Assembly: GCF_009914755.1 (NCBI RefSeq)
Contig: NC_060926.1
Source of the DNA: the human T2T-CHM13v2.0 reference genome, Homo sapiens
Strand: one strand, 5' to 3'
DNA: 64,000 nucleotides
Numbering within the stretch: position 1 is the first letter of the stretch; the number at the start of each line of letters is the position of its first letter. Made by a program: the position numbers and the translations under genes. This document shows, piece after piece, positions 41,224 to 56,100 of the stretch. Below the pieces are notes generated by a model that searched no databases, was not told the DNA's origin, and saw nothing but the letters and a program-made list of their open reading frames with translations.

Positions 41224-42323
41224 TCTTCCTTAAGCACCTTTTCTACAATGACTAACTTCATTCAACCCCATCCCACATTGTCCTATTCTCCTTGTAATAC
41301 TTATTGGTACTTACAGCTTTTGTATTATCTGAAATATTATATTTAAAATTTTTTTTACCATTTCATCTCTAAATTATATTATTAATTCCATGAAGGAAGT
41401 TGTGTGTGTTTTGTTCACTGCCATATTCTAGTGCCTAGAAGGCTGGCTGGAACTTACTGAGCATTTCATAAATCTTTGTTGAAACAATGAATATAGGTGC
41501 ATTTTAAATTCAAGAAATTGTTAAGGTGATGTTTCTCAACCTTGATATATCTTAAATATTATGTGATGCTATTTATTAGAAATTCTAATTAAGTAATTTT
41601 TAAATGCAGCTAGAATTCTGTATTTATAATGAAATAATTATAAGTTCTCATACATGAAGAATTGAACAGAGAAAAAGAACTTAGCCAGGGAAATTGCAAT
41701 TGGTTCTATTTTGTGACATTATCAAATAGCGAATAGCATTTGTTATATTCTCTGTTACTTTTAAAATTTACACAACTTGGATTTGTAAAAAATTTGTAAC
41801 AAGCTAGATTCTCCAACCTGAGATTTAGTTTCTAACATAATGACCATAGTGTTTTTTCATATTTAATATAATTGTCATTTTGCTTTTGTTATTGCACTAA
41901 GAAATTAAGACAAGTGAATACTACCTACAAATTTACACAAATTAATATCTTAGTAAAATACTGAATACATTGCAGTTTTATTTTAACAAATAACTAAATT
42001 CAAATTAAACATTAAAATTTTTATCTAAATTTGAATAGCACAGAGCTATTTACCTTTCATATGTTTTTAAATATCTTTATTGTTATATGTTGTTAGTTGG
42101 TTTTATTTAGAGAGTATTGTCTAGACATAAAAAAAAAAATCCAGCACTCCAAATGTCTATGCAGTTTAATGCACCATTTACCTTACTAGAAAGTAAGGCA
42201 TCACACCTAAAGAAAGGAAGAGTAACTTACCCAGTGTCACAAAATGGCCTTTTACGAATTACTCCTCCATTGTCCACCCATCTGATACTCACTGTCTGGA
42301 TTTCTTGGTTATAGTAAATCTAG

Positions 42324-42375
<52 letters not shown>
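42324..42375. repeat. (ATCT)13 perfect tetranucleotide STR
   Basis: 13 uninterrupted units between unique-looking flanks. Confidence 0.97.
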
Positions 42376-43559
42376 GTGTATCTCTCTACCAGCTTTTTTT
42401 ACTTGTTCTTAATTGTTCAATTTATATATTATGAGAAAATGGTTATAATTTTCTGAGAGCTGAATTACCATAGTAGGCAAAAGAGTTGCAGCAGCAAGGA
42501 CAACATTGCACTTCTAGATATTCCACAATGTTTCCCCTTTCCCATAAATTACAATTTAAGTAGTTCTCTCTTTGTTACCACAGCCGAACTGCTGATTACA
42601 TGTCAACTCAGAAAATATATTCTAGGCAATTCGAAAGTAGTTCACTCACAGCTGCTAATCATTTGTAATATGCAGGTGATTCAAAAAATCTTGATTTTGC
42701 AAAGGACTTTAAAGTATCTTCCAGAGGAATGATGATGCATTAATTTTTACCTGGCTTTCTTGTTTTTATTATTTCTAAAAACTTAATAGTCTTATCAGTA
42801 TTTTTATTTACATTTGTGTTTCTTTAAATTTCTTTTAAAATACTAAGCTCACACACCTGCATCCACCAAGAATAATTTGTGGCAGCTCTATTTGGTTAAA
42901 TGTTCCTTGTATAGAATGTGATTACATTATTAATTTGGACCAATTTATATATTAAGCTAGGGGGCCTACAAAATAATTCCTAGCCCGATAGATATCACTA
43001 ATGATAATTGATTTGGCAAGATCTTTACATGTTAAATTCAACTTTAAAAGCATAGGTGAATTTTTATTTTAATTTACTATTTATGGATTATATGCTTCAT
43101 ATGACTTCATATAATGCATTAATATTGATTTAATTGTAGAATGGCATTTGTAAAATGAACTTTCGTTTCCTCATATTCATTATATAGTATTTTTTCTATT
43201 TATGTCACATATTGTTATGTAGTACTCCAAGGTATTCCTAAGTGCACTTTTAGTCACTTACTTATATTAAGTAAATTAATTTATATTAATGCAATCATTT
43301 TTATTATTCTTTTCAATTTTGTTCATTGCAAGAAACATCTCTTTTGTAAGCTCATACTTACAGATATCCACACATAAAAGTTTTGGATTCCCCTTTCTAG
43401 ATATGGACTTATGTAAAAAAAAGTCAAATTTATTGAAAATGACAATATTGCAATATAAGCAATTCATTTAAATGAACAAAACAATTTTGAAACTTTTTAT
43501 AAGAAAAATATGGTATATACACAAGGGTATACATTTATTAAATATATACATACACATAG

Positions 43560-43580
43560 GTATGTGTATATATGTGTGTG

Positions 43581-43655
<75 letters not shown>

Positions 43656-43656
43656 T
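43560..43656. repeat. Compound (TG)(TA)(CA)(GA) microsatellite
   Basis: Directly visible. Confidence 0.95.
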
Positions 43657-44749
43657 GTATAGCAGGCACTATTGCAACCACTCATGTACTCTCAGATCTA
43701 TTTCCCATTTTCATGTACTTGCCATGATGCATTAGCTCTCCCAGAAGCAACAACTGCTTCTCTTTGTCAGAGGGCTGTCCCCTGGCTGCCACAGTCTGTT
43801 TTGCCTACATGCACAAAGAGTTGCCCACAGATACATGGAAGCATCCTGATATTTACAGGTTCATGTTGGCTGCTAACCAAAGACTGGTGCAGAACTGACT
43901 AGCGCTCAGAGTTGCCATGCAAGTGTGAGGCAAAGTTATCTGCCCTTCAAAAGATTTTGCTTTAAATTGCACCTAGTCATAATATTCTGCTAGGGTAGCT
44001 TTGAAAATCCTGAAATGAAAAGAAGTCCAGTTTTTAATGGGCCATGATTGACAGAAGTTTTTTAATGACGCACATTGTTGCAAGAACTTTGTTGTAAGAA
44101 TGTTGAGGAAGCATATCAAAAGGCTAACAGAAATACACATGTGAGAAGAGACCTATTATATACAAACTGTGAAGCTCTTGTTGGCCAACCAGTGAAAGTG
44201 TGAGTGGTATGCTGTTTGCTCTGTTCTGCCATAGGCCCTGTTGCCCCCTGAATCTGCTGGCCATCAACTCCACCTTCCCCTGAAGTAGCCCAAAGTCACC
44301 CTGGAATAAGCACTATTCATGCCCACCTTCAGGAGAAGTTGCTGCTTTGTAGGACTCTCCACTCAGGAGTTTGCCTAGTCCATGGAGGACGTGTTCAATT
44401 GATTGAATTGAGGACAAGGCAAATATGAGTTCATTATCAGCTTGCAGTGTTTCTTCAAAACACACATGAATGAGGCCTATGGCTATACCAGATTCTCAGT
44501 GGCGGTGCTGATGAAAACTCCACTACTGATTCCTGTTCAGTACTTTCAAGTATGCACTAGAGCTGCTCTGGTGACAGTCTCTAAGGCTAGGGCCCCCATG
44601 GCCAAACTGTCCGGGTTCTGTTCTCTGTTCTGTCCATATCCCTCTGTCCCTAACAGCACTATCCCCCAATGCCTAATGATATAATTTTTATATCTGTGGA
44701 TTTAATAAAACTTTAACCAGTTAAACAAACAAACAAAGATGGCCCCTGA

Positions 44750-45900
44750 GGAGATTTCCTTCACCAAGATGAGCAATGTATCTGTACAGTTTGCACCATC
44801 ATACTAAGGAGCTCACTAATTGCTGTCCTGTTGGGCCATGATTGACAGTCCAGAGATTTTTATGGAATTTGCTTCCTTAGTCTCAATAAAGATGATCGAA
44901 TCCAGAATGCCTGTGGCCAGGAGCACAGTACTTAATAGAGTAAGGTGGAGAGAATTATGGTAATGAACAGCAAAGATGGAACAATGAAAAGGGGGCTCTG
45001 AGCTGCAGGGGATTATAATAGACCATGGTTTTCTAAGGATGGCCAACAAGGATGTTGCCTCATATATAATAATGTAACTGTAGATACATAGTGTGTATTA
45101 TATGTTACATACACACACACACATACATAAAGACCAAAGTGCATGAGCAGAAGGCTTATGTCAACCATCCAAAGGCTATTTCCTTATTAGTTTCCAGATG
45201 GAGGCCTATTCTCTGACCCAGAGCCACTTACTAGCAGGAGTGGAGGCTGGCTCACTTGAAAGAGGTCCCTGCAATGCCACAGAAAGTATATACAGTAGTG
45301 ATTCCTCCAATCATTTCCCAAAGGGAATCGATGGTCATTCATATGAATAATTTTACACTGGGGCAAACGGGGTTACTCAGATGTCCAAAGAGATTAGATA
45401 CAATATATGAGAAGATTTGATCTGAATCTGAAATGCTGTCATGACATCCCTGCTCAGGTGGGAGTGCAAATAAAGTACAAAGGGTACACAGTCCCATCTG
45501 CAGTTCATTTCTCCCTCTCTCTGAGTATATAATTGAGATAGATACACTTAGCAGTTGGAGAACTTTTAGGTTGGCTACTTGCCCTGTATGAACCATCATA
45601 AAAGCCATGATAATTGTGAAGACCACAGAGAAGACCCTGAAACTACATGCAGATAAATTCAAATACTATTCTCAAAACTGTTATCAGAGAATTAAAGGAT
45701 ATAGGATTCATGTGTTTCAGAATAATCCCATTAATTTACTTATCTGGCTCCTGAGAAAAGCAGATGTACTGTTGAACTGACAGTGGCAGTAAGATGGCAG
45801 TGGTGATGGAGTGTCACAATCCCTTGCCAGGTGTCTGTATTTGAGCAAGTTTTAGAACTGAACTTTGTTGCCTGAGGAAGAGACTTCTTCATTGTAAACT
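44750..45900 (+). mobile_element. Degraded ERVL/MaLR internal (gag-protease region) sequence
   Basis: 45314-45400 reads FPKGNRWSFI*IILHWGK then frameshifted LDT, matching the ERVL protease context (LPQRDLWPF..VHWGKG..LLDTG). Confidence 0.65.
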
Positions 45901-46920
45901 AAAGAGCAATATCAAGTTATTCTTATCTGGAAAAGCCCAGAGTATTTAGTCAAGTAATTTGTCTACAGCAGATGCTCAATTCTGATACATAAATAAATGA
46001 ATGTTTTATGCTAAAATATCTTGGCCTTTGCTTATTATTTCATAAGTCTTTCATAATATGTGGATTTTGCTAAATAATACTTACTATAACATTTTATATG
46101 TAATATATGTGTTATAATACAAATTTTCTATTAAAAATTTAAGTATTACTAAAGAATTTTTGAATTATAAGAGCATACACATCTTTATATTTTCATATAA
46201 TGTATCTAATATTTTTATTTATTTATTTTAACTTTTATTTTAGGTTCAGAGGTATTTGTGCAGGTTTCTTAGATAGGTAAACTCATTTCACTGGGGTTTG
46301 ATGTACAGATTATTTCATCACCCAGTTATTAAGCCTAGTACCCATTAGTTATTTTTCCTGATCCTCTTCTATCTCCCAACCTCCATCTGCTGGTAGACTA
46401 TGGTGTCTGTTGCTCCCATTTATGTGCCCATGTGTTCTCACCATTTAGCTCCCACTTATAAGTGAGACCCTGTAGTATTTGTTTTCCTGTTTCAACATTA
46501 GTTTTCTAAGGATAATGATCTCCAGCTCCATCCATGCTCCTACAAAGAACATGATCTCATTCCTTTTTTATGACAGCCTAGTATTCCATAGTGTATATGT
46601 ACCACATTTTTTAAATCACGTCTACCACTGATGAGCATTTAGGTTGATTCCATGTAATTGCTATTGTGGATAGTGCTGCAATGAACATATATGTGCATGT
46701 GTTTTTATGATAGAACGATTTATATTCATTTGGGTATATACTCAATAATGGGATTGCTGGGAGTTTAGCTCTTTGAGGAATCACCACTTTCCACAGTGGT
46801 TGAACTAATTTACACTCCCAATAGTGCATAATTGTTTCTTTTTTTCGACAATCTCTCCCGCATCTGTTTTTGGTTTTATTGTTTTTGTTTTTTTACTTTT
46901 TAATAATAACCATTATAACT

Positions 46921-47236
<316 letters not shown>

Positions 47237-47830
47237 AATAACCATTATAATTGGTGTGAGATGGTATCTCATTGTGGTCTTGGTCTTGATTTGCATTTCT
47301 CCGATAATCAGTGATGTTGAGCTTTTTCTTCATATGCTTCTTGGCGGCATGTAGGTCATCTTTTGAACAGTGTCTATTTATGTCCTTGGACGAATTGCTT
47401 TGTGTGTAAATTTAAGTTCTTTATAGATACCAGATTAATATCTAATGACCTTTGTCATTAGACCTTTGTCTAATGACCTTTGTCAGATGAATAGTTTGCA
47501 AAATTATCCCATTGTGTACATTGTCTGTTAACACTGTTGATAGTTTCTTTTGTTTTGCAGAAGCTCTTTAGTTTAATTAGATTCCATTTGTCAACTTTTG
47601 CTTTCATTGCAATTGCTTTTGGTGTTTTTGTCGTGAAATCTTTGCCACTTTCTATGTCTAGAATGGTATTGCTTAGATGTCTTCCAGAGTTTTTATAGTT
47701 TTGGGGTTTACATTTAAGTCTTTAATCCATCTTGAGTTGATATTTGTGTATGGTGTAAGGAAGGGGTCCAGTATCAAACTTTTGCATATTTCTAGCCAGT
47801 TATTCCAGCATTATTTATTGAATAGGGAGT

Positions 47831-48544
<714 letters not shown>

Positions 48545-51500
48545 GGAGTTCTTTCCCCATTGCTTGTTTTTGTCAGCTTTGTCAAACATCACATGTTCAT
48601 AAGTGTGTGGTCTTATTTCTAGACTCTCTATTCTGTTCCTTTGGTCTATATGACTATTTTTGTACCAGTACCATGCTGTTTTGGTGAGTGTAGCCCTATA
48701 GGATAGTTTGAAGACTGGTAATGTGATGCCTCCAGGTTTGTTCTTTCTGCTTAGCATTGCCTTGGCTATTTAGGCTTCTTGAAACGTTTTTATACGAATT
48801 TTAAAATAGGGTTTTTTTGGCTTTTTTTGTTTTTTTTTAGTTCTGTGAAGAATGTCATTACTAGTTTGATAAGAATAGCATTGAATCTATAAATTGCTTT
48901 GGGCAGTATAGCCATTTTTACCATATTTGTGCTTCCTATCTATGAGTATGGAATGTTTTTCCATTTGTTTGTGTCATTTATGGTTTATTTGAATACTGTT
49001 TTGTAGTTCTCATTGTACAGATCTTTCATCTCCCTGGTTTGTTGTATTCCTAGGCATTTTATTCTTTTTGTTGCAACTGTGAATAGAATTGTGTTCCTAA
49101 TTTGGCTCTTGGCATGACTTTTGTTGGTATATAGGAATGCTCATAATTTTTATTCATTGATTTTGTAATCTGGGACTTTGGTGAAGTTGTTTATCAGCTT
49201 AAGGAGCTTCTGGGGCAAGACTATGGGTTTTATTAGATGTAGAGTCATGTTGTCTGCAAACACGGATATTTTGACTTTCTCTCTTCCTATTTAGATGCCC
49301 TTTATTTCTTTCTCTTTGATTTCTTCAGCCAGGACCTCCAATTTTATGTTGAATTGGAGTGGTGAGAGAGAGAATCTTTGTCTTGTTCCAATTTTCAGGT
49401 GGAATGCTTCCAGCTTTTTCCCATTGTGTATGATGTTAGCTGTGGGATTTTTATAAATGGGTCTTATTATTTTGAGGTATGTTCCTTCAATACCTAGTTT
49501 TTTGAGAGTTTTTTAACATAAAGTGGTGATGAGTTTTATCAAAATACTTTTTCTGCATCTACTGAGATACCCATGTGTTTTTTTGTTTTTAGTTCTGTTT
49601 ACGTGATGAATCATATTTATTGATTTGCATATGTTTAACCAACCTCGCATCCCACGGATAAAGCCTACTTGATTGTGGTGGATAAATTTTTGATGTGCTA
49701 TTGGATTCAGTTTGCAAGTATTTTCTTGTGGATTTTGGCATCAATGTTCATCAAGGCTATTGGCCTGAAGTTTTCCTTCTTTGTTGTATCTCTGACAGAT
49801 TTTGGTATCAGGATGATGCTGGCCTCTTAGAATACTCATAGAATAACTCATAGAATACTCAGAATAACTCATTCTGAGCTAGGGAGGAGGTCTTCTCAAT
49901 TTTTTGTAATAGTTTTGGTAGGAATGGTATTGATTATTATTTGTACATCTGGTAGAATTCAGCTGTGAATCTGTCTGGTCCTGGGATTTTTTTTTTTATT
50001 GGTAGACTGTTTATTACTGTTTTAATTTCAGAGTTCATTATTGGTATGTTCAGCAATTCAATGTCCTCCTGGTTCATTCTAGGGAGTGTGTATGTCCAGG
50101 AATTTATCCATTTTCCAGTTTGTGTGAGTAGAGGTATTTACAATATTTTGTGATTGTTATTTGTATTTCTGAGGACTCAGTGATAATATCCCTTTGTTAT
50201 TTCTAATTGTGTTAATTTGGATCTTCTCTCTTTTCTTTTATACTACTCTAGCTAGCAGTCTATCTAGTTTATTAAATTTTCCAAACAAAAAACAACTTCT
50301 GGGTTTGTTGATCTTTTGAATGGTTTTTGTGTCTCAATCTCCTTCAGTTCAGCCCTTATTTTGCTTATTTCTTGTCTTCCGCTAGCGTTCAGGATGATTT
50401 ACTCTTGGTTCTCTTGTTCTTTTAGTTTGAGATGTTAGGTTGTTATGTTGAGATCTTTCTAAATTTTTGAGGTGGGCATTTAGTGCTATAAATTTGCCTC
50501 CTAACACTGCTTTAGCTGTGTCTCAGAGATTCTGATATGTTGTATCTTTTTTTCCCATTACTTTCAAAGGGCTTCTTGATTTCTGCCTTAATTTCATTAT
50601 TTTCCCAAAAGTCTTTAAGGAGCAAGTTGTTTAATTTTCTTGTAATTGTGTGGTTTTGAGTGATTTTCTTAGCCTTGATTTGTAATTGTATTTTGCTGTG
50701 GTTCAATATCACTTTTTCTTTTTTTGCATTTTCTGAGGATTGTTTTATGTACGATTGTGTGGTGGATTTTAGAGCATATGCCATGTGGCAATGAGAAAAA
50801 CATATATTTGTTGTTTTCAGGTGGAGATTTCTGTAGATATGTATTATGTTTATTTGATCCAGCACTGAGTTCTGGTTCTGAATGTCTTTGTTAATTTTCT
50901 GCCTTGATGATCTGTCTAATACTGTGAGAGTGGGATATCGAAGTCTCCCATTACCATTGGGTGGGAGTCTAAGTCTCATTGAAAGCCTCTACAAACTTGC
51001 TCTATTAATCTTTGTGCTCTTGTATTGCATGTGTATATATTTAGCATAGTTAGATTTTCTTGTTGAATTGAACCCTTTACCATTATGTAATGTCCTTCTT
51101 TGTCTTTTTTGATCTTTGTTGGTTTGAAGTCTGTTTTGTCTGAAATTAGGATTGCAACCCCCTGCTTTCCTCTGTTTCCCATTTTCTTGGTAGATTTTGT
51201 GTTATTATGCTGACTTGTTTCTGTTGTTGCTTTATAGTGTCTCCGGTATATGTGTTTAACTGTGTTTTTGTAGTGGCTGGTAACAGTCTTTCCTTTCCAG
51301 ATTTAGTGCTTCCTTTAGGAGCTCTTCTAAGGCACATTTGGTCATAACAAATTCTCTCAGCATTTGCATGTCTGAAAGGATTTCATTTTTCCTTTGCTTA
51401 TGAAGCTTAGTTTGGCTGGATATAAAATTTTTGTTTGGGATTTCTTTTCTTTAAGGATGTTGAATATTTTCTCTCAATCTCTTCTGGCTTGCAGGGTTTC

Positions 51501-54500
51501 TGCTGACAAGTCCACTGTTAGTCTGATGGGCTTCCCTTTGTACGTGACCTGACCTTTCTGTCTGGCTGCCTGTAACATTTTTTCTTTCATTTCCACCTTG
51601 GAGAATCTGATGATTATACATATTGGGGATGATCTTCTCGTGAAGTATCTTATGAAGGTTCTCTGCATTTCCTGAATTTGAATATTGGCCTCTCTAACTA
51701 GGTTGAGGAAGTTCTCACGAGTGATATCCCGAAATATATTTTCCAAGTTGCTTTCATTCTTCTCATCTCTTTTAGGGACATCAATGAGTTGTAGATTTGG
51801 TCTTTTTACATAATCCCATATTTCTCAGTGTTTTTTTTTTTTCATTCCTTTTCATTCTTTTTTCTCTATTCTTCTCTGTCTTATTTCAGGAAGTCAGTCA
51901 TCAAGCTCTGAGATTCTTTCTCTAGCTTGGTCTATTCTGCTATTAATACTTGTGATTGCATTATGAAATTCTTGTAGTTTGTTTTTTAGCTCTATCAGGT
52001 CAGTTTTATTCTTTTCTATACTCGCTATTTTGCCTGTCAGCTCCTGTATCATTTTATTGTGATTCTTAGCTTTCTTGGATTGGATTTCACTGTTCTTCTG
52101 CATCTCAATGATCTTCATTGCTATCCGTATCCTGAATTCTGTTTCTGTAATTTCAGCCATTTCAGCCTGGTTTAGAACACTTGCTGGAGAGCTAGTGTCC
52201 TCATTTAGAGGAAAGAAGGTGCTCTGGCTTTTTGAGTTGTCAAGAGTTCTTGTGCTGGTTTCTTTCTCATCTTTGTGTGCTGATGTTCTTCAATCTTTGA
52301 AGTAGCTGTCCTTTGGATGGATTTTGGGGGTTTTTAAATACTATTTGATAGGATAAATCAAACCCTTGAGGGTTTGAATGTTGTATATAAGGTGGGTTCA
52401 GTCAACTGGTTTTATTTCTGGAAGATTTTAGGGGGCCAAGTCTCAGCTCACAACTTCTAGACTGCATATTCTAACTCTGGGACACTGGTATCAGGCCCTG
52501 AGTTTGTTCTCTGGCTTCTCAAAGTTAGGAACTCCTTAAGCTGGGGGGCAGGGGGTGGCCCTGAGATGTTCTGTAACCATTGGTCCCAGCACTCTGAAGG
52601 GTGGCACCAGCTGAAGCATTTCACAGGGCAGTGGCAGTGGGATCCATCATCATTTGCATGTGTCAGCAGCAGGTGCAGCGCAGCAGGGTCTGCTATTGTC
52701 TGTACCTAGTTTCACTCTGGCAGAAGTGTTGGCACAGGGGTGGGCCACTGCTGGGAGTGGGGCTTATGGGCTCTGTGTCCACCAAGGCTCTGACTACAAT
52801 GGCAGTATGGTGGGGGTATTGGGGGTGGGGAGAGCTTGGAGTGCACTCCCACCAGCAGCAATGGCAGGGCAGCATGCATGCATACATGTGCACTGGCGGG
52901 GCAGGGAAACTAAGATCTGCCTGCCCACATACACACTCTCAAAGTGATGTGGAGGGTGGCCGTGAGCCCCAGAGAAGTTGAAGGTGGGGGAGGGAGCTGG
53001 TGGGCTGGCACATGGCCGTGGGGCCTGCCCCACTGAAACTCTTTGTCAGTCAGGTGTTGTCCCCAGGGTAGTAGCTATGATACAGGTCCCCAGGTCACCT
53101 GAAGCTGCACTACAAGTAGCTGTGGCCAGGCTGGGGCCCCTGGAGAGGTCAGGTTGAACTATCTCCATCTAAAGGGCAAGACCACCCTGCAGAGTTCAGG
53201 TCCAACAGTTCCTCTAGAGCTAAAGTCTCCTATGGGAGCAAGTGGAGCCCAGAGGGTTGGGTGTCCCTGGCCATACTCCACAACAGATGCTCCTGCATCA
53301 AACCCTCTGGGCTCCACACCAGCTGGTGTGCGGTCCCTACCACCTCTCTAAGCAGCTCTCCCTGCCAGCTCAAGTCTCTATGGTGGTCAAGGGGTCTTCT
53401 CCTGTCAGGATTCCAGAGGGCCATGGTGAGAGCAGGTTGTTCCTTGCCAGTTCAACTCATCTATTCCCCCGGAGTCACTGGGGTCCAGGAAGGAGTCCCG
53501 CTGCTGTAGCCCATGCAAGGTTCTGAGCTTCCTCCTCCTTTAGCCCAGCTTCTGTGTCTTCCCTCTGGACACTCTCAGTGCTTTCCCTCTGAAGATCTTT
53601 TAGGAGTGCACTAATCATCTGGGTCCCTTGGTGGCAGCTGTTCCACCTTGCTGCATCTAGTTGGCCTTCTTGCCCAGTCCCATTCTAATATATTTAATTT
53701 ACCATTTTTATAGGTAAACACGACTTCTCCCAAACCCCATTTTTCTTTACAAGTTTTACTTTTTCTCTCAAAATAGAATGAGTGTTTTGAAAGACTGTCT
53801 AAATTGTACACTGCCTATTACATACTATCGTTTTGAGGTTATGATTTTGAGAATGGCTTTTCAGGTGAGTTCCTTGAGATAGTAACACTACTTTTTAATC
53901 AATAAAGAGTATATAATCACAGGGCTTTTAGGGTTGCACTTTTCTCTCAGCCAGATGTTCACTGTAAAATCATCCACTAACACTGAATAAACTTACTTTT
54001 ATTTTCATTACTGTGTTTATACATATCTATGAGATAGAGATTTTTGACTTGGATATCCAAACCTTTAAATAAAAAATATATTCACAGAACTGAAGACATG
54101 AGGTTTTTAAATTCAATTATCTGGTTTATTATAAAGACTTTATTTTCGTGTTAAAAAAATCTCATGAATATCTCAAAGTATCTCATGAGTATCTCAAAGT
54201 ATGAAAGTTGATATCATGTAAATGAACAGGCATTATTTCTCCAAATCTATAGTTCATGTGTAAATTTTTCCTGTGTATCTTTGAATTACTGTTCTCCCAT
54301 TACATTTCTTACTATTATTAAGAGAGAGTAACACCTTCTGCATTGACAGAAAATTTGTTATTTATACTTTCCACTTATATTTGATGCTTTTTATCATTCA
54401 AAAATTTTAGGTTGCCTAAAAATATAACCTATATGTTGTTTCAGCTTAGTGGCATTAGAAAACCATGCATTTGAAGTGGCTGAAAGTATGTGCCTAAAAT

Positions 54501-55908
54501 TAGCTTCAGATATTTATTGTATCTTTTGTAAGACATTTACAAATAAATTAATTCTTTTTAATTCCAGGTAAAATTTCCAATTTTTTTTTTTAATGATCTT
54601 GGCTTTGAGTTGATGAAATACTCCTTTGGAAACTGAAGTCTATAGTTGAGATTAATAAAGTTCTCGTGCTTTTAGTGTCAAAATTGCAGATCTGAAATGT
54701 TGAACCAAAATGGAACATCTTTCAAAAGCTGAAGAATGAAATCCTTTAAAATTATATGTGTGTCTTTAAAGCTCCATAAATCATTCTTTTAAAATAAATA
54801 ATTCAGTCCTAATTTTATTCACTTATAAAAGAGAATAAACTCGAAGCATTATTAGAGTAATTACTTTTTTTAATGAACTGAGTTCAGAATATCTATAAAG
54901 ATTTCTTTTTTCTAGTGAAATTTAAAGGTATGCATAATTAATATTAACTGAATAGATACTTTAGATATTAGTGGTTGAACTGTACTCTTGAAAAAGGAAA
55001 TTTATGCAACCAGCGTAGCAGGTAGTAGAAATGGTTATTGTCAAACTTTAAATTAGCAATCTTTTGATAAAAAAGCAAATAAAAGACATTAAATATTCAA
55101 GCCTAAAATAGGAAAATTGAGAAAAAATTATAATTTTAATAAATGTGTTTTTCCCAAGTTCAATATTGGCACCGCAATAATGTTTTTCTCCTATTAAAAG
55201 TAACCAATTCATTCATCAAAACTCTGTAGTACTTAATAGTTTACCTTATTCTTTGTTCTTTCTGATTTCACATCTATCAATCAAAACTACTGCAGTAAAT
55301 GCTAGCCTAGTGCCCAGTTTCAATAATCAAGAAGAAGTCACAGTGAATCATGATGAAATTTGAATTTAACAGGAGTAACTGGAATGAGAAAAAATATTAG
55401 GATTCCATAGGAATAGTAAGTGGTCGATTACAAGAACAAACTATAACCCATATTCTCTATCTAAAAAGGTGTCTGAAACCAATCAATATATAAAGAGTTT
55501 CTATATGGGACTAGAGTTTAGAACAGGTTAAATGTAATACCGTGGTCCTGGGCTGGGAAGTGGATTCACAGTAACACTTTGGGAAGAGGATGAGAATCTA
55601 TATATAAGTGGATTGGAAACATACTCCCAGTGAAATGGTCTAAAAGGAACAAATGCGAGTGGAATTGTTCCAGGTCACTGAATTGGTGTTCAATGTAGTA
55701 TGCAAGCTCTGGAGAAATTAAAATGCTAGAAATGGGAAAATTAGGCCAATTGACAGTTAAAATGAACAAACTCGACATGTGAAATATGGGCAAGCTTGGT
55801 TAGAACACAGGTGGCAAGTAATTGCCTCTGGCAAACAATGTAATAGATTTACAAATCAATACAAATACAAATCTTAATATACTTTCTAGGGAGGTCTAAG
55901 TATTAAAT

Positions 55909-56100
55909 CTGTTCTGTCCAATAAGATAGCCACTAGTCACATATAGTTATTTGCATTAAATTTAAATTAATTAAAATTAAAATGTAATTCTGACTCTGCA
56001 GTAGACATTCTCAAGTTCTCAATAGTCTCTTGCGGCTTTTGGCTACCATATCGTTCATCATGAATATAAACATTTCCATTACTGAAGGAATTTTAATTGC
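55909..56100. mobile_element. MER3/MER33 (hAT-Charlie) MITE
   Basis: 'ctgtccaataagatagccactagtcacata...aaatttaaattaattaaaattaa'. Confidence 0.8.

Noticed and set aside
49829-49875. Short interspaced repeats resembling a CRISPR-like array
   Set aside because: Eukaryotic L1 context, units of about 10-13 bp, no unique spacers and no cas genes.
52400-53680. GC-rich block with several ORFs resembling a promoter or gene start
   Set aside because: It is the CpG-depleted L1 5' UTR, not a CpG island or coding exon.
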